A stretch of DNA of 64,000 nt from Leptospiraceae bacterium (GTDB lineage: Bacteria > Spirochaetota > Leptospiria > Leptospirales > Leptonemataceae). A program made the position numbers and the translations under genes. Position 1 is the stretch's first letter, and each line of letters opens with the position of its first letter. The notes under the pieces were generated by a model. The model made no database searches, was not told where the DNA came from, and saw only the letters and a program-made list of their open reading frames with translations. The stretch spans positions 1 through 64,000 of the forward strand of contig JAVJNR010000008.1 of assembly GCA_040217195.1 (NCBI GenBank). The letters run 5' to 3'. Shown piece by piece: positions 19,076 through 27,390 of the stretch.

Positions 19076-19885
19076 ATGGCGATTTCCAAAGAACAGAAGG
19101 CCCTGTACAACGATAAGGTTCGGCCCTACAAGGATGCCCTGGAGGAACTGAAAAAGGAATCCTCCACGTTGAAGGGTGCAGCTCGAAAGAATGCAGACAT
19201 GGAGCCTTACTTCATGTTCAGAAATGCCATTATCTCTCTTAAAAGCTGCAATTTGATGGTGCAGATGTCCACATTGTCCAATGAGATCCAGAACCTGAAA
19301 AATGACAAACTGGTGGGGGATGCGCGAAAAGAGGTCTCCAATGCACTTAATGAACTGGTCAAGGTGGTGGGGGATCAAATTGATGAGGGGCTAACTGAGA
19401 ATCAGGATCGACTGGAAAAAATCCAGCAAATCAATCCGGCCCGGCGATTGAAGCTACTTCTTGCATTTCGAGAGACAATGCAGAACTTAAAGATAGCCGT
19501 GGGTACAGGAAAATGGCGCTGGTACTTCCCCGAGCTTCATATGAAGCTCACTATCCTGGCCCGAAACCTGATGGACTTCAAACAATACGGTGCGGCCAAA
19601 GATAGCAATGCACCCTACTACAGGGAATTGCAGGAGCATATGCAGTTCCTGGCAGAAGAGGCCCAGACGGCGGCTCAGGATTTTAGATCCAAGTATGAAC
19701 TGGCCAGTCAGGACCTGGCAGATTTGCAATCCATTCAGAAACTTTTTGAGATGTTAAAACGAATCTTTGTTTTTACGGGTAATAAAACCGAACTGGAGAA
19801 GATCCAGATCTCCCTGGACTCGAACAAGGAGCGAATTGAAGCTATTGTTGCAGATCAGAAGAAGGGGACGAAGAAGAAAAAGTAG
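19076..19885 (+). CDS. Conserved hypothetical all-helical protein (spirochaete-like)
   Basis: Long ORF with coiled-coil character and a KWRWYFPEL motif. Confidence 0.7.
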   Translation: MAISKEQKALYNDKVRPYKDALEELKKESSTLKGAARKNADMEPYFMFRNAIISLKSCNLMVQMSTLSNEIQNLKNDKLVGDARKEVSNALNELVKVVGDQIDEGLTENQDRLEKIQQINPARRLKLLLAFRETMQNLKIAVGTGKWRWYFPELHMKLTILARNLMDFKQYGAAKDSNAPYYRELQEHMQFLAEEAQTAAQDFRSKYELASQDLADLQSIQKLFEMLKRIFVFTGNKTELEKIQISLDSNKERIEAIVADQKKGTKKKK

Positions 19886-19967
19886 ATGTCGATGGCCCGG
19901 CCCCTTTTTTCTTTTCACCTGACGGGGAAAGGAAGGAATGGCCGCAGCGCAGGCACAGGAGTAGAAA

Positions 19968-20279
19968 ATGGCAGTACAAGCATTATCAGAAGATAAATTT
20001 ACCGAAGAAACAGCTCAGGGAGTGACCCTGGTAGACTTTTGGGCGGAGTGGTGCGGCCCCTGTCGTATGGTAGCGCCCATTGTTGAGGAGCTATCCGGCG
20101 AAATGGAAACCGTTAAGTTTGCAAAGGTAAACGTTGATGAAAACCAGGGTATTGCTCAATCTCTGGGAATTACCGCCATACCAACGCTGGTGCTTTATCG
20201 AGATGGTAAGCCAGTGGACAAAGTGGTTGGACTTCTTCCTAAAGAGCAGCTCAAAGAATTTATCGAAAAGCATATGTAA
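19968..20279 (+). CDS. trxA: Thioredoxin
   Basis: WAEWCGPC, cis-Pro IPT; RBS AGGAG. Confidence 0.95.
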   Translation: MAVQALSEDKFTEETAQGVTLVDFWAEWCGPCRMVAPIVEELSGEMETVKFAKVNVDENQGIAQSLGITAIPTLVLYRDGKPVDKVVGLLPKEQLKEFIEKHM

Positions 20280-20324
20280 TCTATGCAACATGCCCATAGG
20301 GCGTCGGGAAGCACAGCTTCTGGC

Positions 20325-20358
20325 AAGAAAGGAGAGGGCAACTTCTCCTTTCTTTTTT
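20325..20358 (+). terminator. Rho-independent terminator
   Basis: AAGAAAGGAGAGG-GCAA-CTTCTCCTTTCTT plus T run. Confidence 0.8.
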
Positions 20359-20543
20359 GCCCCTGTACCATTCGTAGGGCAAGAGTTGAGCGCATACTCC
20401 GTCATAGCAATGATGTGACCCTGGACTCGCTCGACGGATCTATACTGGAGTGGGGATTTACAGTTTTTGTTTGAGCTGTAACGGGGGGGGACAGAATGGA
20501 ACTACGTTGCTGACTATCGACTAGACTAAGACGCATTTCTGAT

Positions 20544-20879
20544 TCAAAAGAATTTTTCCACACGCACAATGTGAGTGTGATACATCTCCAGACTGGATTC
20601 CAGCTCGGCCACTCCACCATTTTTGATCTGCTGGACCATTTCATCGGTTAGAATTATGTTATGGGTATGTCCGAGAGTGGGCTCCAGGTTAAAGGTCCGG
20701 ATTCCGGATTCAACCTGAGACAATCGGATTTTCACCTCATGCTCATGCCCGGCGGCCGGCTGCACCAGAGCCTCCAGACCTTCCGAATTTCGTTCCCTGT
20801 AGCAGCTTAATATTCCGCTACTCAAGACCGTTAAGAGAAGGGGAAAATAAATTGTGTTCCAGCGCAAGGGGGTTAACAT
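20544..20879 (-). CDS. Small lipoprotein with three HxH motifs (putative metal binding)
   Basis: Lipobox-like GILSC; GHEHEV, GHTHNI and YHTHIV. Confidence 0.6.
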   Translation of the reverse strand: MLTPLRWNTIYFPLLLTVLSSGILSCYRERNSEGLEALVQPAAGHEHEVKIRLSQVESGIRTFNLEPTLGHTHNIILTDEMVQQIKNGGVAELESSLEMYHTHIVRVEKFF

Positions 20880-20959
20880 AGCCTTGAGGGAATCTCCCAG
20901 AATGCCCCAGGACCGCAAGTAAAGTAATCCGGCCCGCAGATCCCAGGAAAAACAATAAA

Positions 20960-23131
20960 ATGGCCCGAATCATACTGACAGAACCTTATACAACGCTTCC
21001 TCGTGGCGGTTATCTCATTGAGACCTCCGTAGGATACATACAATTCGGTGCCCCCCCTGAAACCATCAAAGATACCATGCTTCTGCCCCGGAGCACGCCA
21101 CAGATCTTTGTTCTGCCGGGTGAATTCTTTCACGTTGAGAAAGGAATCTCCGTGGCCGAGCTGGAGTTCCCACTATATTATAACTTCTATTTGAGACAAA
21201 AAAAGACCTATGTTGTATGTACAGAGGAGCAGCGTGAGCAGTTTAAAGTAGTTCTTCAAGAATCCGTCTTCGGTCCGGAAGTGGTGGATCTGCGGTCCGA
21301 GTACGTAAACGGTGAAGATACATTTGGGTATCCGGACATGCGAGCGGAGATGGAGCATTTTCGGGGAAATCGGGAACTGGATGACCTGGTTCGGTTTGTA
21401 ATCTTCAAGAATGATAAGGTCCGTTTCAACAATGTTACGATTGAGAAAAAGACCGGTGGAGATTTTGCCATCCAGGATGATGGTCTCAAGAAAAGTATAT
21501 CAGTTCCGGGAGAGGTAGGATATAACATCATTTACGATGCCGGAGAAAGAATGCCGGAACCCTATCAGCCTTCGCTTCTGGGAGTTACCTGTCTGGGGCC
21601 CAGTCATGGATTCGACCCGGATGACAATACGTCCGGTTTTATTCTCTGGATCAATCATCAGGGCATTATGGTGGATCCACCGGTGAACTCAACTGAGTGG
21701 CTCAGAAAGTCAAACGTCAATCCCAAGCACATAAACTCCATTATTTTAACTCACTGTCATGCAGACCATGATGCCGGTACCTTTCAGAAGATTCTGGAAG
21801 AGGGCAAGATTACCATCTATACCACAGAAACCGTTATCCACTCATTTATTCGAAAATACAATGCACTGACCCGGATCCCCAAGAAGGAGCTTTTTTCTCT
21901 GTTTGATTTCGTGCCTGTTGTAATTGGAAAGAATTACATCATTAACGGCGCCATCTTTCGCTTTAACTATGCATTGCATTCGATTCCCAGTTTGAGTTTC
22001 GAATACCAGTTCCAGGATCAAAGCTTTGTCTACTCCTCGGATCATTTGAACGAGCCAGAAAAGTTTTCGGAGCTTCTGGAAAAAGAAGTACTTACGGAAA
22101 CCAGATATCGCGATTTAAATGATTTTCCCTGGCATTATGATATTATCTATCATGAAGCAGGCATTCCTCCACTGCATACTCGTATCGACTATCTGAATAC
22201 CCTTCCGGTGGAAACACAGAAGAAGGTCACTGTATATCACATTGCGAAAAAAGATATGCCCGCCGATACCGGGATGCGTCTGGCCACCTTTGGGATAGAA
22301 AACACTCTCTATCCTCCGGTGAAACCTCCCCGTCATGAAGTAGCGTATAGAATTCTGGATGTACTTTCCAACGTAGATATATTTAAGGATTTTCCCATAG
22401 CCAAGTCCAAAGAATTTCTTTCCATCGTTGAAGAGGAAACCTTTGAAAGAGGAGAAAAGATCATCGAGAAAGACACTCCAGGCGATAAGTTCTTTATCAT
22501 TGTTGCTGGAAATGTGCGAGTGGAAGGGATGGAGCAGGAATCCGTCAAGGATGATAGTATTTCCAAGCAATATGGCACATACGAATACTTTGGAGAAGCT
22601 TCACTGATTCTGGAACAGCCCAGGAGTGCAGATGTTGTGGCCTCAACAAACGTCAATGCACTGACCATTGAAAAGACCAAGTTCCTAAACTTCATTCGAG
22701 GTTCCGAGCTTCTTGAAAAATTCAAGAGATTGAATGATATCCGTAGAACCGGAACATGGGAAACTCTTTCCCATTCCAGATTTCTCCAGGGAATTACTTC
22801 TGCTCAAAAAACTCAACTGGAGTTAATAATGGAGCAGCGTACCTATCCTGCAGGTACGAGAATCCTGATGAAAGGCGAAATTTGCTACGAAGCATTTATT
22901 GTAAAGCGTGGCGAAGTGAATGTAGTTACAGACGGTGAGGTAATTGAAACCTTGAGCTGGGGAGATTTCTGCGGAGAAATCTACCAGATCCAGAAAGAAG
23001 CTCCTTCCTCTTTCGATTTCATTGCGGTTTCTGAGATTGAGGTGTATCGCATCTCAAGAGAAAACCTGGTGGATTATATCCAGGAAAACCCGGGTGTTTA
23101 TATGCGGCTGCTTCGAATCTATGGTAAGTAG
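20960..23131 (+). CDS. Metallo-beta-lactamase-fold cyclic nucleotide phosphodiesterase-like protein with two cNMP-binding domains
   Basis: THCHADHD metal motif, LHSIP and YSSD; C-terminal YFGEASL...RSA and FCGE cNMP domains. Confidence 0.85.
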   Translation: MARIILTEPYTTLPRGGYLIETSVGYIQFGAPPETIKDTMLLPRSTPQIFVLPGEFFHVEKGISVAELEFPLYYNFYLRQKKTYVVCTEEQREQFKVVLQESVFGPEVVDLRSEYVNGEDTFGYPDMRAEMEHFRGNRELDDLVRFVIFKNDKVRFNNVTIEKKTGGDFAIQDDGLKKSISVPGEVGYNIIYDAGERMPEPYQPSLLGVTCLGPSHGFDPDDNTSGFILWINHQGIMVDPPVNSTEWLRKSNVNPKHINSIILTHCHADHDAGTFQKILEEGKITIYTTETVIHSFIRKYNALTRIPKKELFSLFDFVPVVIGKNYIINGAIFRFNYALHSIPSLSFEYQFQDQSFVYSSDHLNEPEKFSELLEKEVLTETRYRDLNDFPWHYDIIYHEAGIPPLHTRIDYLNTLPVETQKKVTVYHIAKKDMPADTGMRLATFGIENTLYPPVKPPRHEVAYRILDVLSNVDIFKDFPIAKSKEFLSIVEEETFERGEKIIEKDTPGDKFFIIVAGNVRVEGMEQESVKDDSISKQYGTYEYFGEASLILEQPRSADVVASTNVNALTIEKTKFLNFIRGSELLEKFKRLNDIRRTGTWETLSHSRFLQGITSAQKTQLELIMEQRTYPAGTRILMKGEICYEAFIVKRGEVNVVTDGEVIETLSWGDFCGEIYQIQKEAPSSFDFIAVSEIEVYRISRENLVDYIQENPGVYMRLLRIYGK

Positions 23132-23239
23132 TAAGTAATCTTCCGGCTCATGCTTCAGAGGCGCCTGGTTTTGGCTTCTACGGATAAGAATTACCTTTAG
23201 CTGAACGGAGGAGTCCTCTATTTTCAGACCAATCGGGTA

Positions 23240-24112
23240 ATGAAATCAGGAAAAGGTAACACCAGTTCGAATCGCTCCATGGATGCTCATATTCGCAGTC
23301 TACTTGCATGCAAGAGGTGCGAAAAGATGCAGGGAAAACCGGTGCATGGATGCGTACAGAAAACCAGTATTATTAGCCTGGGGCAGGCCCCAGGAATCCA
23401 TGAAGAAAGATTTGGCAAACCCTTTGCCTATACCGCGGGAAAGACTCTCTTTAAATGGCTTGCAATGGCCGGCATAGAAGAAGAGGACTTTCGGGCCCGG
23501 GTAAACATGTCTGCGGTTTGCAGATGTTTTCCCGGTAAGGCAAAGAACGGCGATCGAAAACCGGACAGGCAGGAAGTGGAAAACTGCATTCCGTATATGG
23601 AATTCGAATTGAAGTATCACAGGCCCGAGCTTGTGATTCCAATAGGTAAACTGGCCATTGATCAAATCCTGGAAAGAGCGATACTTATTTCAGAAGGTTC
23701 TCACTCTTCAAAGCAAAATGACACCGATGGAGGGATTCAAAAGACCGATGAGAAAGATTCCCGAGCCTCAAAGGGTCGAAAAAAAGCTACCGATTCAAAA
23801 GTTAGAAATCAGGAATTAACGGAGGGAGCCCCACCAGCCGCGGTTGTAGGAAAGGCTGGGCAGAGTATTAAGAAAATAGCCCAATTGCAGGCCTATTTAA
23901 ATAGCAAGGGACGCGCCAGTTACAAATTAGATCAAATCATAGGACGAAGATTTAGAAGCGACTGGGCCGGCATTTCCTTCGACTGGATTGCGCTTCCCCA
24001 TCCTTCGGGTCTAAATGTCTGGAATCACACAGAGACAGGAAAGGTTTGCATAAGCAATGCAATTGCTCAAATAAGAAAGCACAATGCCGTTCGAAATACC
24101 TTTCCTCGCTGA
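23240..24112 (+). CDS. Uracil-DNA glycosylase superfamily protein (Fe-S type) with internal insertion
   Basis: CKRC, GQAPG, PF...AG..L, CRCFPG, E..NC and LPHPSG motifs. Confidence 0.85.
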   Translation: MKSGKGNTSSNRSMDAHIRSLLACKRCEKMQGKPVHGCVQKTSIISLGQAPGIHEERFGKPFAYTAGKTLFKWLAMAGIEEEDFRARVNMSAVCRCFPGKAKNGDRKPDRQEVENCIPYMEFELKYHRPELVIPIGKLAIDQILERAILISEGSHSSKQNDTDGGIQKTDEKDSRASKGRKKATDSKVRNQELTEGAPPAAVVGKAGQSIKKIAQLQAYLNSKGRASYKLDQIIGRRFRSDWAGISFDWIALPHPSGLNVWNHTETGKVCISNAIAQIRKHNAVRNTFPR

Positions 24113-24250
24113 TCTCTTACTCTTTCAAGTTTATGTTTCATTCATTCCTGCAGAGCGTTTAATTCGCAATTGCTGATTCTAATTGGCTTTTCCTGGAACC
24201 GGCTGCGGTTTTTTGGCGTCCATTAAACTAATAAATCGCAGGAGAAAAAG

Positions 24251-24757
24251 ATGAAAGGAAAATTTGTACTGGTTACAATTCTGATATTCGCATCTTCCGC
24301 AGGACTGATGGCTCAGGATAAATGGGTCAAAGGATCTAACGGAAATGTGGATGGATTCACACTATATGGTGGAACTGAAAATGGAAAGAACCTGTTCCTA
24401 TGCGCAGGATTCATGAACGGTACGTTTCACCCCGGAAAGATTGTAGGTAGTAATTGTAATTTTGGTTACGGTGGAAATGAAGTTGAAGCGAACAGTTACT
24501 TCACTCTTCAGGTTTCCCAGTCCAGCATAAAGAGATACACCTGGCATCGTGCATCCAACGGGCAGGTACCTGCCTTGAATGGTTATGTTCCCATCGAAGT
24601 TGGTCGGGAAGGTAGCAGGATTCTGTATGTATGTAGAGCCAATTACAACGGCGGAGTGCATCCTGGAAAGATTGTAGGAAGTAACTGCAATTTTGGCTGG
24701 GGCGGAAATGAAATCACTATCCCAAATTACGAAGTATTAATGTACAGAACCAATTAA
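24251..24757 (+). CDS. Secreted DM9/DUF3421 repeat protein
   Basis: Signal peptide; two repeats of L..C.......HPGKIVGSNCNFG.GGNE; ends YEVL. Confidence 0.85.
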   Translation: MKGKFVLVTILIFASSAGLMAQDKWVKGSNGNVDGFTLYGGTENGKNLFLCAGFMNGTFHPGKIVGSNCNFGYGGNEVEANSYFTLQVSQSSIKRYTWHRASNGQVPALNGYVPIEVGREGSRILYVCRANYNGGVHPGKIVGSNCNFGWGGNEITIPNYEVLMYRTN

Positions 24758-24963
24758 TTGCAAAGGCCCTGGCCGTGCCTGTTTGGTTCGTACTTTCTGC
24801 GAAACGGTACCAGCCCGCCAGGGCTCTATTCTCCGAATCTATTACACTTTATGCTTATCGATACGCACTCTGGAAATCGAACGAGGCAAAGGCTGCGAAC
24901 GGTCCGGGGTGGCTTGCACATGATTGGAAAGTAGGAGATCTAGAGTGACTGTAGGGCAGTGGC

Positions 24964-25866
24964 TTAGAGAAAATAGAACTGAATCGTAACTGCCAGAATC
25001 GCACCGATGGCCATAAAGGCTCCCAGAGGTGCCGGGGATCGGTGATCCTTCTGAATGAACAGTATCTGGATCACACTCCATCCAGAGCCCAGAATAATGG
25101 GAAGCAGCACGTAGGGCATTCCCAGAAAAAGTGCCAGTGGTACGAGCAACCATACATCACCCAGACCAAGTCCTTCCGGCTTCCATAGATGAAGGGGCAG
25201 GGTAAGTATCAGAGCAAACAAAGCCGTCAATACGGGACCGATCCAGACACTGGCAGCCAGGAATTGAAACAATAGTCCCAGGGCATCCGGAGACTGCTGT
25301 AGTAGATCTAGATTCTGTTTGAGTAAAAACCATTCCTGACCCGGGTCAGAAAACAGCATGGATTTGCGAGCCAGAGCACACAGTGCGATCAAAGCTGCAA
25401 GAATTGTATTTTCATAATCGAGGCTGAACAATGTCCAGTCTGTGGTGATTGCGATGATCAAATGACCACAGAATAAAATGGCCAGTATTGAAAGAATTAG
25501 ATCCTGACTGGTAAGCAGGAAGTAAATTAAAAGCAAGCCACCGGTGAATTCTAGAATTGGATGGATGGCCGGAATCTCTGCCTGACAATGTTTACAATGT
25601 CTTCGAGCGAAGAAATAGCCCAGCACCGGAATAACATGCAACGGAGGTATGGGCATTTCGCAATCGTCGCAGAAAGATCGACGGGTAAAGAACTCCTTCC
25701 AGCGTTGCCCATAGCTCAGTTGCTTTCGCGCAGGTCCATAAAAGAAATATAGAACTCTGCTTGCACTGGCAATGTAGAAGCTGAATATCGAGGCTCCCAT
25801 GATGAAAGCCATAAGCATTGCACCCACCATCACGTGGATGGGCATGGTTTCCAGTGGAGTATTCAA
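24964..25866 (-). CDS. Prepilin peptidase (A24) family
   Basis: RSFCDDC...IP..GY....CKHC Zn motif; TD and GLGLGD aspartates; TTG start overlaps the upstream TGA. Confidence 0.88.
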   Translation of the reverse strand: MNTPLETMPIHVMVGAMLMAFIMGASIFSFYIASASRVLYFFYGPARKQLSYGQRWKEFFTRRSFCDDCEMPIPPLHVIPVLGYFFARRHCKHCQAEIPAIHPILEFTGGLLLIYFLLTSQDLILSILAILFCGHLIIAITTDWTLFSLDYENTILAALIALCALARKSMLFSDPGQEWFLLKQNLDLLQQSPDALGLLFQFLAASVWIGPVLTALFALILTLPLHLWKPEGLGLGDVWLLVPLALFLGMPYVLLPIILGSGWSVIQILFIQKDHRSPAPLGAFMAIGAILAVTIQFYFL

Positions 25867-26966
25867 GCTCCTACCAGGGCCTTCAATGCCCGGGCTCCCC
25901 TTTCCAGGGTTTCATCTGGAGCGGCATAGGAGATGCGAATCCAATTACCTCGATCGGTAAAAATGCTACCAGGCACTACCAGTAATTGATGTTCGTCGAT
26001 TCCTCTCTGTACGAAACTCAAAGAATCTTCAGGCACTTTTGCAAACAGATAAAAAGCACCGTCCGGTGGTCCAAACTCATAATGTACTTTCAATTCTCCT
26101 GCCAGAAAGTCCCTTCGTTTTCTATAGTCATTGACCTGGGCTGTCATATCTGTATCCAGGGCCGCCAGTCCGGCCCATTGATGCGGTGTTGGAGCACATA
26201 CGATCGTATATTGCTGTAGAGTTGTCATGGCCTTGATTAGCTCTTCTGGACCTGTGACCGCGGCAAGTCGCATGCCGGTCATACTGTAGGACTTGGAAAA
26301 CCCCATCATAGTTACTGCTTGATCGTAAATGGAAGCCGCACTGTTGAATTTACCGTCGTAGTCGAAGATTTCATAGATCTCATCGCTGCAAAGCAGTGCT
26401 CCGGTCCTATCTGCAAGGTTTCCCAGGGCCTTGATTTGATCTGCTGAGAGTATTCGACCGGTGGGGTTGGATGGGCTGGAATATAGGATTAGCTTTAATC
26501 GATCAAACTTTAGGCTGTCCAGGGCCTCCGGTTTGAAATCCTCGGAAACGGTTCTTTGCTTTGCTCCAAAGAATCCAGACAATCCTCTATAGATTAGAAA
26601 AGAAGGCTCAATCAGTAGTACTTCATCCCCTGGATCGATTGTTGTTAGAAATAACAACTGTAGAATTGAGGCCACCCCGGAGGTAACCAGAATGTCTTCA
26701 GGCCTGGTTTGAAATCCGTTACTTTCTGCAAATTTCTCGCAGAGTCGCTGTCTCAGTTCTATGATCCCCTGGGTCTGGGAATAGGCAGTCTTATTCTCTG
26801 AAAGAGCCTTTCTGGCCGCTTCCACGATTGGTTCCGGAGTGGGAAAATGGGGAAGACCAATAGATAGATTGATGGGCGAGTCCAGTTTTGCTGCCAGATC
26901 AAACATCCTGCGGATCTGGGAGGTGTCTATATGGTTCATTCTTTCGGAAAGGAAGGATTCTGCCAT
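25863..26966 (-). CDS. PLP-dependent aminotransferase class I/II
   Basis: NLSIG.P, SPSNPTG, SDEIY, GFSKSYSMTGMRL and RISYA motifs. Confidence 0.93.
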   Translation of the reverse strand: MAESFLSERMNHIDTSQIRRMFDLAAKLDSPINLSIGLPHFPTPEPIVEAARKALSENKTAYSQTQGIIELRQRLCEKFAESNGFQTRPEDILVTSGVASILQLLFLTTIDPGDEVLLIEPSFLIYRGLSGFFGAKQRTVSEDFKPEALDSLKFDRLKLILYSSPSNPTGRILSADQIKALGNLADRTGALLCSDEIYEIFDYDGKFNSAASIYDQAVTMMGFSKSYSMTGMRLAAVTGPEELIKAMTTLQQYTIVCAPTPHQWAGLAALDTDMTAQVNDYRKRRDFLAGELKVHYEFGPPDGAFYLFAKVPEDSLSFVQRGIDEHQLLVVPGSIFTDRGNWIRISYAAPDETLERGARALKALVGA

Positions 26967-27390
26967 GATGGAACCAGAGGGCCGGCAGCCCCATTTCCGA
27001 AAAGTATAAATCCAGGGCGCCGGCTGCTGATTCTTTCTCAGTCCGGTTTGTATGCCAGGCCCGGCCAGCAGGATACAGGCGAGGATCCCTGAATCGGGAG
27101 GGAATCGGGAATCAATGGAAATATAGCCTATCTGGGAATGGACTGGTTAAATCGATTAGCCCGGGTAATGGTTTGTGCAAAATGTGGATTTGTGCACTGG
27201 TTCATGGGCCAGTAGAAAATTGCGGTTTTTTGTAGAGCAATAGCCGGTTGCTTTTTCCGCTTTTCAAGTTGGGCAGATGCAGTGCGGCCACAAAGAAACA
27301 GAAATGATAGGATTCGTTTATGTCCTGCCCAACGGGTCGGTAGCAATTCGGTGCACATTTCCTTTGACTCAAAAATCAATACAGGAGGCA

